Assembly: GCA_038523235.1 (NCBI GenBank) | Contig: JBCBJQ010000120.1 | Location: forward strand, 1 to 17,231 | Source of the DNA: Cyanobacteria bacterium J06626_4 | GTDB lineage: Bacteria > Cyanobacteriota > Cyanobacteriia > Phormidesmidales > Phormidesmidaceae | Length of the DNA: 17,231 bases | Direction: 5' to 3' | Shown here: in pieces, positions 6,003 through 15,372 of the stretch | How the letters are laid out: every line of letters starts with the position of its first letter | How positions within the stretch are numbered: the stretch's first letter is position 1 | Notes under the pieces: generated by a model | Told to the model about the DNA's origin: nothing | Databases searched by the model: none | The model's input: the letters and a program-made list of their open reading frames with translations, nothing else | Made by a program: the position numbers and the translations under genes

Positions 6003-7013
6003 TTAAAACTCGTAGCGTAGGCCGAGCTGTAAAGAATGCACAAATACTGAATCGGCGTCTAAGTCGGTGTCAAAAGCTTCAAAACTTTGTCCCGGTAATC
6101 CATAAAGTCGATAGCCTAAGAACGCGATCGCCGTTTCGCTAATGTCGTAATTAACTCCAGCCTTGGCCTGAAAAGCAAACCCGGTGCTGGAATCATCGAC
6201 AGACACTCCTCCGAGCACCGGCACCGCAGCTTCGACATCATTAGCCGAAAAAATCGCGAGCCCCACACCACCGCCCACGTAGGGGCGAAATCGGCTTCCC
6301 GTGGGGATGTCATAGTACCCGTTGACAAAAAACTTCAGCGTCTCCAGGCTGCCATCGACGCCGGTGCCCTCAACATCATTGACCGTGATGCTGCTAACGC
6401 CATTGCGATTGTAATCAACCTCAAACTCGACTCGGGCATCGTTAAAGCGATAGCCGACTGCGCCTCCGATGCCAAAGCCAGTATCGGTATCCACATCAAT
6501 ATCAACGGGCACAGTGTTAATCACGGGCGGCAGGCCTGGTAACGGGGCTGGCAGTGTTACTGTCGCGGGATCATCCGACTCAACACTCAAGTCATACCCG
6601 AACACCACAGAGGGCGAAATCGACAAGTACCAGCCCGTGGTCTCACTGTTGCCCGGCAGGCTTTGGCCAATGGTCACTGGTATTTCAGCCTGTTCAGAGG
6701 GGGGCTCCAATGTGAACGGCTCTGCCGCGATCGCTGGGTGGGCGATCGGGTCTACTCGATTGCTGGTTAGCACCGCCACCGCTTCAGGGGGGACCGTAGC
6801 GGTTGGTGCGGGCGGCGTGGTCAGGCGATTGTGACGTAGAGAGGCCAGCCTTGGGAGATCGTCTCTCACCTTATCTCTGTCTAATTTTTCGGAGTTCGTT
6901 GGGTATCGCTGTTCAGGAGCGGCAACCTCTGATTCAGCAGCTACCGCTGCAGCCAACAGGAGCGGGCTGGCGAGCATCGCCGACCCCAAGCAGCATAGAG
7001 AAAACCTAATCAT
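6003..7013 (-). CDS. Outer-membrane beta-barrel protein (OmpA-TM/Opa-like 8-stranded type) with long N-terminal low-complexity region
   Basis: Signal peptide, alternating beta-strand motifs (GGAVGYRF, RVEFEVDY, FVNGYYDI, RPYVGGGVG, FAFQAKAGVNY) and a C-terminal BAM-type signal LGLRYEF. Confidence 0.87.
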   Translation of the reverse strand: MIRFSLCCLGSAMLASPLLLAAAVAAESEVAAPEQRYPTNSEKLDRDKVRDDLPRLASLRHNRLTTPPAPTATVPPEAVAVLTSNRVDPIAHPAIAAEPFTLEPPSEQAEIPVTIGQSLPGNSETTGWYLSISPSVVFGYDLSVESDDPATVTLPAPLPGLPPVINTVPVDIDVDTDTGFGIGGAVGYRFNDARVEFEVDYNRNGVSSITVNDVEGTGVDGSLETLKFFVNGYYDIPTGSRFRPYVGGGVGLAIFSANDVEAAVPVLGGVSVDDSSTGFAFQAKAGVNYDISETAIAFLGYRLYGLPGQSFEAFDTDLDADSVFVHSLQLGLRYEF

Positions 7014-7083
7014 TTAACTAGTTCGGATTGATTTTTTAGATAACTGATTGCAATTTTATGCGAAATCTTTTCTAAGCAACAGC

Positions 7084-7140
7084 AAAAAAAAGACTGGATT
7101 CAGCCCACACTTTTGGCCGTTGTGAATCGGACTCTGAGTC
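7084..7140 (-). terminator. Possible intrinsic terminator-like hairpin with U8 tract, upstream of the beta-barrel gene
   Basis: The minus strand reads GACT..GATTCA-(20 nt)-TGAATC.AGTC-TTTTTTTT. The stem is imperfect and the loop is large. Confidence 0.3.
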
Positions 7141-7514
7141 AGCAGCAGGCGGCGGATCCGAGACGCATAATCGGCTCATCCCAGCTGTCTGCTAGTTAAA
7201 TTTCAGAGAGGCCGCAAGGTTGCTCACCCTCGTCTGATCTTCTGAGTTAAGGAGAGAGGCTGCCGGCAGTGAGGTTTCTGCGGCGATAAAAACCCCATTG
7301 CTGACTCTGGATCGGATGGCCATGCTGTTCGCCGACCGTCAGGGACCGACGATGCGCTGGGGAAATGGCATTAAGTTCTCAACTGGTTCAACTGCACAGT
7401 CTCTGCCGCCCAGACAGAGCCAAGTCATCGCTTCCCAGGCCCGAACTAGAGACGTGATCGCTTACCCTAAAATGAAAGCACAGCCAATTGGCATCCATCC
7501 ATTTTCGGGCGTTT

Positions 7515-9149
7515 ATGGCCACATCGTTAGTCTCTCCAGAAGTTTTAACCGAGGAAGTTGAGAAGCGTCGCAATTTTGCGATCATCTCTCACCCCGACGC
7601 CGGTAAAACCACCCTGACTGAAAAACTCTTGCTCTATGGAGGCGCGATTCATGAAGCGGGGGCGGTCAAAGCCCGCCGAGCCCAGCGCCACGCCACCTCT
7701 GACTGGATGGAAATGGAGCAGCAGCGCGGCATCTCGATCACCTCAACCGTGCTGCAGTTTGACTATCGTGACTATCGCATCAACCTGCTCGATACCCCTG
7801 GCCACCAAGACTTTAGTGAAGACACCTACCGCACCTTGGCCGCTGCCGACAATGCAGTGATGCTAGAAGATGCCGCCAAAGGTTTGGAGCCCCAAACCCG
7901 CAAGCTGTTTGAAGTTTGTCGGATGCGATCGCTCCCCATCTTTACCTTCTTCAACAAGATGGATCGCCCAGCGCGAGAACCGCTAGAACTGCTGGACGAA
8001 ATTGAGCGCGAGCTGGGTCTGCAAACCTATGCGGTGAATTGGCCGATTGGCATGGGCGAGCAGTTTCGTGGCGTGTTTGACCGGCGCAAGCGCCAGTTTC
8101 ACCTATTTGAGCGCAATGCCCACGGCAGTAAAGAAGCGGCAAAAATTGTGCTCGATATTGGTGATCCCAGAATTGAAGACCTGGTGGATCAAGACCTTTA
8201 CTACCAGTTCAAAGAAGAACTGGAGATGATTGAAGAACTCGGGTCGGCGCTCGATCTGGAGGCGATTCATGCCGGTCAGCTGACGCCGGTCTTTTTTGGT
8301 AGCGCCATGACCAACTTTGGCGTGCAGCTATTCTTAGACGCCTTTTTGGATTATGCGCTGAAACCGGGGGCTCGCAGCAGCAGCCAAGGCGACATTGAAC
8401 CCACCACCGAAGACTTTACCGGATTCGTGTTTAAGCTCCAGGCCAACATGGATCCGAAACACCGCGATCGCGTCGCCTTTATCCGCGTGTGCTCTGGCAA
8501 GTTTGAAAAAGACATGGTGGTCAATCACGCGCGATCGGGCAAAAATGTCCGCCTGTCCCATCCCCAAAAGCTGTTCGCTCAGGGCCGTGAATCGTTAGAA
8601 GAGGCATTTCCCGGCGATGTGATTGGTCTCAATAACCCGGGTGTGTTTGCGATCGGGGATACGATTTATCAGGGTCAAAAGCTGGAGTATGAAGGTATTC
8701 CCTGCTTCTCTCCTGAGCTGTTTGCCTTTTTGAGGAACCCTAATCCCTCTAAGTTTAAGCAGTTTCATAAAGGCGTCACGGAACTGCGGGAAGAGGGGGC
8801 AGTGCAAATCATGTTCTCAGCCGATGAGGCTAAGCGTGATCCCATTCTGGCCGCGGTCGGACAGCTGCAGTTTGAGGTGGTGCAGTTCCGCCTCAAAAAC
8901 GAGTACAACGTTGACACTCGTCTAGAACCCTTGCCCTACAGCGTTGCTCGCTGGGTTGAGGGCGGTTGGGAAGCGCTGGAAAAGGCTGGTCGGTTATTTA
9001 ACACCACCACAGTCAAAGATAGCTGGGGTCGTCCTGTTCTCTTGTTTCGCAATGAATGGAATGTGGGCCAAATTGAAGCTGATCATCCTGAACTGAAGCT
9101 GCGCAATACAGCCCCCGTCGCTGCCGGTCAGCAGGTCGAAGATTTGTAG
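7515..9149 (+). CDS. prfC: Peptide chain release factor 3
   Basis: [76 protein letters not shown] and AVGQLQFEV are RF3 signatures. ATG 7515 preferred over TTG 7488. Confidence 0.98.
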   Translation: MATSLVSPEVLTEEVEKRRNFAIISHPDAGKTTLTEKLLLYGGAIHEAGAVKARRAQRHATSDWMEMEQQRGISITSTVLQFDYRDYRINLLDTPGHQDFSEDTYRTLAAADNAVMLEDAAKGLEPQTRKLFEVCRMRSLPIFTFFNKMDRPAREPLELLDEIERELGLQTYAVNWPIGMGEQFRGVFDRRKRQFHLFERNAHGSKEAAKIVLDIGDPRIEDLVDQDLYYQFKEELEMIEELGSALDLEAIHAGQLTPVFFGSAMTNFGVQLFLDAFLDYALKPGARSSSQGDIEPTTEDFTGFVFKLQANMDPKHRDRVAFIRVCSGKFEKDMVVNHARSGKNVRLSHPQKLFAQGRESLEEAFPGDVIGLNNPGVFAIGDTIYQGQKLEYEGIPCFSPELFAFLRNPNPSKFKQFHKGVTELREEGAVQIMFSADEAKRDPILAAVGQLQFEVVQFRLKNEYNVDTRLEPLPYSVARWVEGGWEALEKAGRLFNTTTVKDSWGRPVLLFRNEWNVGQIEADHPELKLRNTAPVAAGQQVEDL

Positions 9150-9174
9150 CAGTGCCGTTGTTCGCTAGACATCG

Positions 9175-9262
9175 CGGCATTCAGAATTCGGAATGCGGAA
9201 TGCCGAATAGGCAGCAAATAGGGTTTGCTGCATTAACAGTTGCAGCAGCAACTCTTAATGCA
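9175..9262. terminator. Cluster of three hairpins between convergent prfC and cobA (probable terminator or 3' stabilising structure)
   Basis: CGGCATTC(9175-9182)/GAATGCCG(9198-9205), GCAGCAAA-taggg-TTTGCTGC (9211-9231), and TGCATTAAcAGTTGC-agca-GCAACTcTTAATGCA (9229-9262). There is no clear U tract. Confidence 0.55.
9177..9211 (+). repeat. Degenerate heptamer tandem repeat (STRR-like)
   Basis: GCATTCA GAATTCG GAATGCG GAATGCC GAATAGG. Short tandem heptamers are common in intergenic DNA of filamentous cyanobacteria. Confidence 0.6.
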
Positions 9263-9384
9263 CGTGAGACGGGAGGGGTAGCGGCTCGCGACTCATTCAT
9301 GGAGACGTTAAACCTGTAGTGGCATGACTGATAGAGGAATTAGGGATACCACTGAGCGATCTCCCCTAGGGCACTCCGCCAAAT

Positions 9385-10119
9385 TTAGGGCTGCAAATAA
9401 GGGCGTAAGCCCACGACTTCGCCAATCACAATGATGCAGGGAGACAGCGTTTCAGCCTTAGTCTGCTGCGTGATATTGAGTAACGTTCCCGTCCAAACCT
9501 GCTGTTGAGGCTGACTCGCCCATCGCACGATCGCCACTGGCGTTTCTGGACGCTTGCCGTAACGCAACAGGAGATCGCAGATCGCGGGCAGCGCTTTGCC
9601 CCCCATCAGCACGACTAAAACAGCCATTTGGGCTAAGGCCTCCCAGTTGTGCAGCTCCAAATCATGGGCCGTTAGCACGGTGAATTGACTGCCCAAAACC
9701 GGATCTGTCAGTGGCACACTGGCGAGCAGCGGGGCCACAGTGGCAGATGACAAACCGGGAATCACTTCGAACGCGCAGTTGGCAGCCTTGAGCGCTTGAA
9801 TCTCAGCAGCAGTGCGACCAAAAATAAACGGATCGCCACTTTTGAGACGAATGACGGTTTTGCCCTGTTGGCAGAGAGCGATGAGGAGTTGGTTGATCGC
9901 CGCCTGTGACCAGCTGGGCTGCCCGCCCCGTTTACCCACAGACTGCACGTCACAAGTTGCGGGAACTAAAGCTAAAACGTCAGCATTTACCAACGCATCA
10001 TGGACTAACACCTGAGCCTGGGTCAGCAATTGATGGGCTCTGACGGTTAAGAAATCGACGCTGCCGGGCCCTGCCCCGACGAGATAAACCTTGCCTAAAT
10101 TCTCCAAAAATTGCCTCAA
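9385..10119 (-). CDS. cobA: Uroporphyrinogen-III C-methyltransferase (SUMT)
   Basis: GKVYLVGAGPG, DALV, VGKRGG, RLKSGDPFIFGR, VIPGLSS, LMG and IIVIGEVV motifs. The start is uncertain: TTG 10119, or TTG 10107, which has GAGG 6 nt upstream. Confidence 0.93.
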   Translation of the reverse strand: MRQFLENLGKVYLVGAGPGSVDFLTVRAHQLLTQAQVLVHDALVNADVLALVPATCDVQSVGKRGGQPSWSQAAINQLLIALCQQGKTVIRLKSGDPFIFGRTAAEIQALKAANCAFEVIPGLSSATVAPLLASVPLTDPVLGSQFTVLTAHDLELHNWEALAQMAVLVVLMGGKALPAICDLLLRYGKRPETPVAIVRWASQPQQQVWTGTLLNITQQTKAETLSPCIIVIGEVVGLRPYLQP

Positions 10120-10215
10120 CGCTCAGCCTGCTTGCCCTTATCATGCCGGAACGACGACGCGATCTCGTAGACCATGGCAAAAGTGACTTAGGGGAAGCGA
10201 GTCAAAAACCAAGTT

Positions 10216-10235
10216 TAATACATTTGTACTATACT
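10216..10235 (+). promoter_or_regulatory. Candidate cyanobacterial LexA box abutting a -10 hexamer (TATACT)
   Basis: TAATACATTTGTACTA (10216-10231). The reverse strand reads AGTAC-AAA-TGTATT, one mismatch from the cyanobacterial LexA consensus RGTACNNNDGTWCB. TATACT at 10230-10235 points towards the 10368 gene. Confidence 0.5.
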
Positions 10236-10367
10236 GATCGAGAAACTGTCCTTTGATGAGCGGCGAATCTTCGTTTCTTGCTACGGTCAGGGTGAGTGCC
10301 GTGCGGTCGGCAATACCTGGGTGTGACTGACCGCTTGTGACTGAATCTCTATTGGAGTGCGATCGCC

Positions 10368-11159
10368 ATGCCTACCCAGCTACCTCCCGTTGAGCAGGAG
10401 CCTGATTTAAATGAGGCAGATCTATACAAGGTGCGGCGCCGGTCAACGCCCCGGCGATCGCCCCTCATTTTGCGCGTGCTCCAGGGCTTTGCCGGCAGCT
10501 TGTCAGGCGGCATGTTGCTGATTGGCATGGTGGCAGGGGTTGGACTCTGGCGCTCAGGCGAAGATTTTGTCAACGGCATTCGCTCCGCATTTACGCCCGC
10601 CGCCCCGGTGGAAGAGGTGGATGTGCAAACGGTGGTGGTGCAGCAGATTCGCGGAGCCAGTGAATTGACCACGGCCATTTTTACTATGGAGGTGGTAGTC
10701 CCGACCTCCAGCACGCGCACGATCGCGAACTATGAAGTGGGCAAAACCACTCTGATTTACATTGCCAATGGTGAGGTGCGAGCGGGAGTAGACTTGAGCA
10801 CCATTGTGCCAACCGACATTCAAGATACGGGCGACACACTGCGAGTTATGCTGCCGCCGCCCACCATTATTGACAGCAAGATCGATGTCAACCAGTCCCA
10901 AGTGTTTGACTACGATCGCGGCTTTTTAGGCATGGGGCCTGATCGCGCTCCAGAACTGCAAGATCAAGCTCAAGAGGTGGCACTACAGCGGATGATTTTA
11001 GCGGCTTGCGAGCAGAGCATTTTGCAGGAGGCCAGCGATCGGGCCGAGCTAGTGGTAGGGCAGTTGCTGCAAACCACCGACTATGAACAGATTGTGGTGG
11101 AATCACAGCCCTCACCGAATACCGCCTGTGTCGGCGCTGGGGCCGGCACGGTACAGTAA
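10368..11159 (+). CDS. DUF4230-like membrane-anchored protein
   Basis: GGAG RBS and one TM segment, followed by the SELTTA, LIYIANGEVRAGVDLS and LPPPTI motifs typical of DUF4230. Confidence 0.82.
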   Translation: MPTQLPPVEQEPDLNEADLYKVRRRSTPRRSPLILRVLQGFAGSLSGGMLLIGMVAGVGLWRSGEDFVNGIRSAFTPAAPVEEVDVQTVVVQQIRGASELTTAIFTMEVVVPTSSTRTIANYEVGKTTLIYIANGEVRAGVDLSTIVPTDIQDTGDTLRVMLPPPTIIDSKIDVNQSQVFDYDRGFLGMGPDRAPELQDQAQEVALQRMILAACEQSILQEASDRAELVVGQLLQTTDYEQIVVESQPSPNTACVGAGAGTVQ

Positions 11160-11187
11160 ACGAGGTTGTGCCAAGGTATTCTCCTCC

Positions 11188-11979
11188 ATGCTAGAGCTTT
11201 ATCAGTTTGAAGCCTCTGCCTACAGCGAAAAAGTTAAGCTCATTCTCGACTACAAGCAACTGCCATATAAGGCGATAGAAGTGACACCGGGGGTCGGCCA
11301 AGTTGAGCTGTTCCAGCTGTCTGGCCAGCGCAAAGTGCCTGTGCTCAAAGCTGGCACCGACGTCATTCCTGATTCCACCGCGATCGCCCGTTATCTGGAC
11401 GAAAAATATCCCGATCGCCCGATTTTGCCCACCGATCAACGCCAAAAAGGGCTCTGTCTAGCGCTCGAAGATTGGGCTGACGAATCCCTCGGTTTACAAG
11501 GTCGCCAAGCGATGATTGGCGCGTTTAACCAACATCCCAACTTTCGGACGGCGCTACTACCGGCGGCGACGCCTGATCTCGTCAAAAACTTGGTCGGTGC
11601 AGTGCCGGGCGATGTACTCAGCCTGTTAGGCATGGGCATTGGATTTGGCCCCGAGAATGTCAAAGAAGCGACCCAGGTGCTCAAGCAAGCGTTGGAAGCC
11701 CTGTGCCTGATGCTGGCCGACCAGCCTTATTTGGTCGGCGATCAGCCCACGCTGGCTGACTTTGCTGTGGCGGGTATCTCGATGTACATCAAATTCCCCG
11801 CTTATCAATATGTTGATTTGCCTGAAGGCATCTGTGGGAAGGGGGTACCGGGACTAGCTGACGACATCAGCTACCAGCCCTTTTTTGATTGGCGCGATCG
11901 CCTTTATGCTGACTACCGTCAGGTGCGCGTCGACACTCCGACGGGGGGGAGCAGCCCAACTTCGATCAACATTGACTAG
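11188..11979 (+). CDS. Glutathione S-transferase family protein
   Basis: Start moved to ATG 11188 (MLELYQFE), which removes the overlap with the upstream gene. GST-N motifs SGQRKVPVL and DSTAIARYLD, GST-C motif YLVGDQPTLADFAV. Confidence 0.92.
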   Translation: MLELYQFEASAYSEKVKLILDYKQLPYKAIEVTPGVGQVELFQLSGQRKVPVLKAGTDVIPDSTAIARYLDEKYPDRPILPTDQRQKGLCLALEDWADESLGLQGRQAMIGAFNQHPNFRTALLPAATPDLVKNLVGAVPGDVLSLLGMGIGFGPENVKEATQVLKQALEALCLMLADQPYLVGDQPTLADFAVAGISMYIKFPAYQYVDLPEGICGKGVPGLADDISYQPFFDWRDRLYADYRQVRVDTPTGGSSPTSINID

Positions 11980-12169
11980 GCCCTATCTTGTCCGAGTCAG
12001 TTGAATTGAATCGGGGAGCCGACTGCCTAAAGTTGCTTACCGCGATCACCAGTTGGTTTCTCGATGGGCCTCAATCGGCAGTGCTGCCAGTCAGCGCTGG
12101 CGATTCTCGTCAATTGCCGTTCCGCCCCCGTCATACACTGAAGAACAGTGAGGTACGGGGTTACGCGCG

Positions 12170-13477
12170 ATGGGATCAATTATTCAAACTGTTGAGTCCA
12201 TATTGGGCGCATCGCAGGTCACGAGTTGGGAGGCTTTGGGCCCCGCTTGGCAAAGTCGCGTACACGGGGCGATCGCCGCTGAGTCACCCCCCGACTGCAT
12301 CGCCTATCCCAACACTGTGGCCCAGCTGGCCGAGCTGGTTGCCTGTGCCCATCAACATCAATGGCGACTGTTGCCCTGCGGTCACGGCAGCAAACTCAGC
12401 TGGGGCGCACCCGTCACGGGTGCCGATGTGGTCATCAGCACGCAACACCTCAATCAAGTAGTGGAACATGCTGTCGGCGATCTGACTGTTACGGCGCAGG
12501 CTGGGGTCGGATTTGCTGAGTTACAAGCGGCTCTGTTGCAGACCCGACAGTTTTTGGCAATTGACCCGGCCTATCCCCAACAGGCGACCCTAGGGGGCAT
12601 TGTCGCCACCCGTGATACGGGGGCCTTGCGCCAGCGATACGGCAGCATTCGCGACATGCTGATCGGCGTCTCGTTTCTGCGTCACGATGGTCAACTGGCC
12701 AAAGCCGGTGGACGCGTGGTTAAAAATGTTGCGGGCTACGACCTGATGAAGCTGATGAGTGGGTCTTTTGGTACGTTGGGCATTTTGACTCAGCTGACTT
12801 GGCGCACCTTTCCGCAACAGGAAACTGCTCAGACCCTCTTGCTGAGTGGAGCTGCTACCGAGATGCGGGCCGTGACGGCGGCCATTTTACGATCGCCCTT
12901 AACGCCCGCCAAGCTGGATCTTTTATCGCCAGGGCTGGGGCCAAATCAGGGTGAGCAATTCGGCTTAGCGGTGCAGTTTCAAAGTATTGCTGCCGGTGTC
13001 GCCGAGCAAGTGGAACGGTTGGCCGCGATCGCCCAGCCCTATGAACTACAGCAACAAACGCTATCAGACGCAGCGGACGACACCTTTTGGCAAACGCTGA
13101 CGGTGGCGCTGCTGCCGGACGAGCGCCCGGCAAATCTCGCGATCGCCAAGGTGGGCCTCCTCCCAGCTCAAGCCGTCGATTTGCTCGCATCTCTGCAGAC
13201 GATACTCGCACCCGGCACCTGGCGAGCCCGCCTTCACGCCAGCAGTGGCCTGGGCCTCTTGCAGCTGAGCTGTGCTCAAAATTCACCCGAGCAGCTAGCC
13301 GCAGTGCGATCGCGCTGTCAGTCTGCAGGCGGCTATCTCAACCTGCTCGATGCCCCTGCAGACTGGAAGCAGCAGCTTGACCCCTGGGCGTTGGATGACG
13401 CGGCCCGGCTGTTGATGACCCGACTGCAACAACAGTTTGATCCGCAAGGACGCTTGAGTCCCGGTCGTCTGCGGTAA
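12170..13477 (+). CDS. glcE: Glycolate dehydrogenase/oxidase FAD-binding subunit
   Basis: PCMH-type FAD-binding motifs DLTVTAQAG, ATLGGIVAT, RYGSIRD, AGGRVVKNVAGYDLMKLMSGSFGTLG and the C-terminal FDPQGRLSPGR. Lies next to glcF. Confidence 0.9.
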   Translation: MGSIIQTVESILGASQVTSWEALGPAWQSRVHGAIAAESPPDCIAYPNTVAQLAELVACAHQHQWRLLPCGHGSKLSWGAPVTGADVVISTQHLNQVVEHAVGDLTVTAQAGVGFAELQAALLQTRQFLAIDPAYPQQATLGGIVATRDTGALRQRYGSIRDMLIGVSFLRHDGQLAKAGGRVVKNVAGYDLMKLMSGSFGTLGILTQLTWRTFPQQETAQTLLLSGAATEMRAVTAAILRSPLTPAKLDLLSPGLGPNQGEQFGLAVQFQSIAAGVAEQVERLAAIAQPYELQQQTLSDAADDTFWQTLTVALLPDERPANLAIAKVGLLPAQAVDLLASLQTILAPGTWRARLHASSGLGLLQLSCAQNSPEQLAAVRSRCQSAGGYLNLLDAPADWKQQLDPWALDDAARLLMTRLQQQFDPQGRLSPGRLR

Positions 13478-13678
13478 AGCCATCAGGCGATTGCCGGTAC
13501 TGGCTCTCCTCGCGACTCCCGACCGATATCAGGATGCGATCGCTCGCGGCGCGGCGATGCAATAGACACCATTGAAAGATGATCCCCCGCGATCGCCTGT
13601 CTCGCCGTCTGCTACCACCCAATCCCGAAATCGACGCGGTAGGCTGGAACTACTGATCACCAGCGAAATCTCACTAAT

Positions 13679-15031
13679 ATGCAAACGGCAGATGCGCCCA
13701 CGCCTCAACCCGACAATTTGCCCGAGCAAGGATTTGATCCCCAACATCCGCCATCTCAAGAGCTGATTGATGCCTGCGTGCACTGTGGATTTTGCTTGAC
13801 CACCTGCCCCAGCTATCGAGTCATCGGCAAAGAAATGGACTCGCCTCGGGGTCGCATTTATTTAATGGATGCGATCAATAAGGGAGAGGCAGAGTTTTCG
13901 GCTACCGCGGTAGAACATTTTGACTCTTGTCTGGGGTGTCTGGCCTGTACAACTGCCTGTCCGTCTGGGGTGCAGTATGACCAGCTCATTGCTGCAGTGC
14001 GGCCTCAAATACAGCGCAATCACTCGCGATCGCTGCCTGGTAAACTCTTGCGGACGCTGATCTTTCAGCTATTCCCCTATCCTGACCGGATTCGTCTCTT
14101 ACTGACCCCGCTGGGGCTATATCAGCTATCAGGCCTATCGAAATTGGTGCAGGGCTCCGGCCTGCTCAAAAAACTGTCGCCCAACCTGGCGGCGATGGAA
14201 TCGCTGCTGCCCAAGGTGACGGCCAAATCCTTTCAAGATAATTTGCCGGCGGTGATTCCGGCGGTGGGCAAACAGCGCTACCGAGTGGGCATGGTTTTAG
14301 GCTGTGTGCAACGCGTCTTCTTTTCTGACGTCAATGAAGCGACGGCCCGGGTATTGGCCGCCAACGGCTGTGAAATTGTGATCCCCAAAAGTCAGGGCTG
14401 CTGCTCCGCGTTACCCGCTCACCAAGGTGAAGAAGCCCAGGCTCAAGCCCTAGCGCGGCAAATGATCGACGCCTTCGCTGACACCGAGGTTGATTATGTG
14501 GTAATCAATGCGGCGGGCTGTGGGCATACCCTTAAAGAATATGGTCACATTTTGCAAGATGATGATGCCTATCGCGATCGCGCCCAGGCTTTTTCAGATA
14601 GCGTGCGAGACGTGCAGGAGTTTTTGGCCGCCGTTGGGCTGACGGCAGAGCTGCATCCGTTAACCGACGACACGTTGCCTGTGGTCTATCAAGATGCCTG
14701 CCATCTGCTGCATGGGCAAAAAATCAGTGTGCAACCCCGCCAGCTGCTCAAGCAAATTCCCCAGGTCCAGCTGCGCGAGCCGATTGACGGGGCGCTGTGC
14801 TGTGGCAGTGCCGGGGTGTACAACATGCTGCAGCCCGAAGTGGCTGAAGAATTGGGCCAAATGAAGGCCGAAAACCTGGTGAATACGGGGGCCAAACTGA
14901 TCGCTTCACCCAACCCAGGCTGTTCCCTACAGATTCAGAAACATTTGCAGCAACAGGGCCAATCGTTGCCGCTGGTGCATCCGATTGAGCTGCTGGATCG
15001 ATCCATTCGAGGCGAAAAACTGGCAGTTTAA
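13679..15031 (+). CDS. glcF: Glycolate dehydrogenase/oxidase iron-sulfur subunit
   Basis: Two 4Fe-4S motifs (CVHCGFCLTTCP, CLGCLACTTACPSGV), DSPRGRI, and CCG-type domains (GCC, AAGCG, DACHLLHGQ, CCGSAGVYN, NPGC). Confidence 0.93.
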   Translation: MQTADAPTPQPDNLPEQGFDPQHPPSQELIDACVHCGFCLTTCPSYRVIGKEMDSPRGRIYLMDAINKGEAEFSATAVEHFDSCLGCLACTTACPSGVQYDQLIAAVRPQIQRNHSRSLPGKLLRTLIFQLFPYPDRIRLLLTPLGLYQLSGLSKLVQGSGLLKKLSPNLAAMESLLPKVTAKSFQDNLPAVIPAVGKQRYRVGMVLGCVQRVFFSDVNEATARVLAANGCEIVIPKSQGCCSALPAHQGEEAQAQALARQMIDAFADTEVDYVVINAAGCGHTLKEYGHILQDDDAYRDRAQAFSDSVRDVQEFLAAVGLTAELHPLTDDTLPVVYQDACHLLHGQKISVQPRQLLKQIPQVQLREPIDGALCCGSAGVYNMLQPEVAEELGQMKAENLVNTGAKLIASPNPGCSLQIQKHLQQQGQSLPLVHPIELLDRSIRGEKLAV

Positions 15032-15372
15032 GTCAGTCATTCCATCCTGTGGCCTGTCATCAATCAATGATAAAAAAACACGGAGCCAGTATTTCCGCAG
15101 CTGCTTCGGACAACGTGCTAAGAGCCATCGCAGAGTGCGGAATGCTGAAGCCGGAATACAGACTTAAAAGTTTGGTCAGAGTCGATGACCGCGATCTGGA
15201 GTGACCTAACCGATTTGCGGCTGGCTATAAAACCGTTGCAGCTAACTATTCACCGGCTGACATCTGACAGTCTTCAGCGGCCAGGTCATCATCGGTAGAT
15301 GAGACGATAAAAGCATCCCGTTGCCAGACGAGCGTATTAGGATGGACAAGCATCATTTCTCCACTCCTGACT

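Noticed and set aside
6116..7585. Small ORFs overlapping the beta-barrel gene or in the intergenic region (6116-6328, 6469-6834, 6803-7009, 7298-7561, 7388-7585)
   Set aside because: They overlap well-supported genes and have no recognisable motifs.
12170..15031. glcE-glcF without an adjacent glcD as a novel pathway arrangement
   Set aside because: glc genes are commonly dispersed in cyanobacteria, so glcD is probably elsewhere in the genome.
15032..15372. Possible ncRNA in the 340-nt glcF-rlmN gap
   Set aside because: Only short scattered inverted repeats (e.g. TTCCGCA/TGCGGAA) are present, with no tRNA cloverleaf or recognisable RNA family motif.
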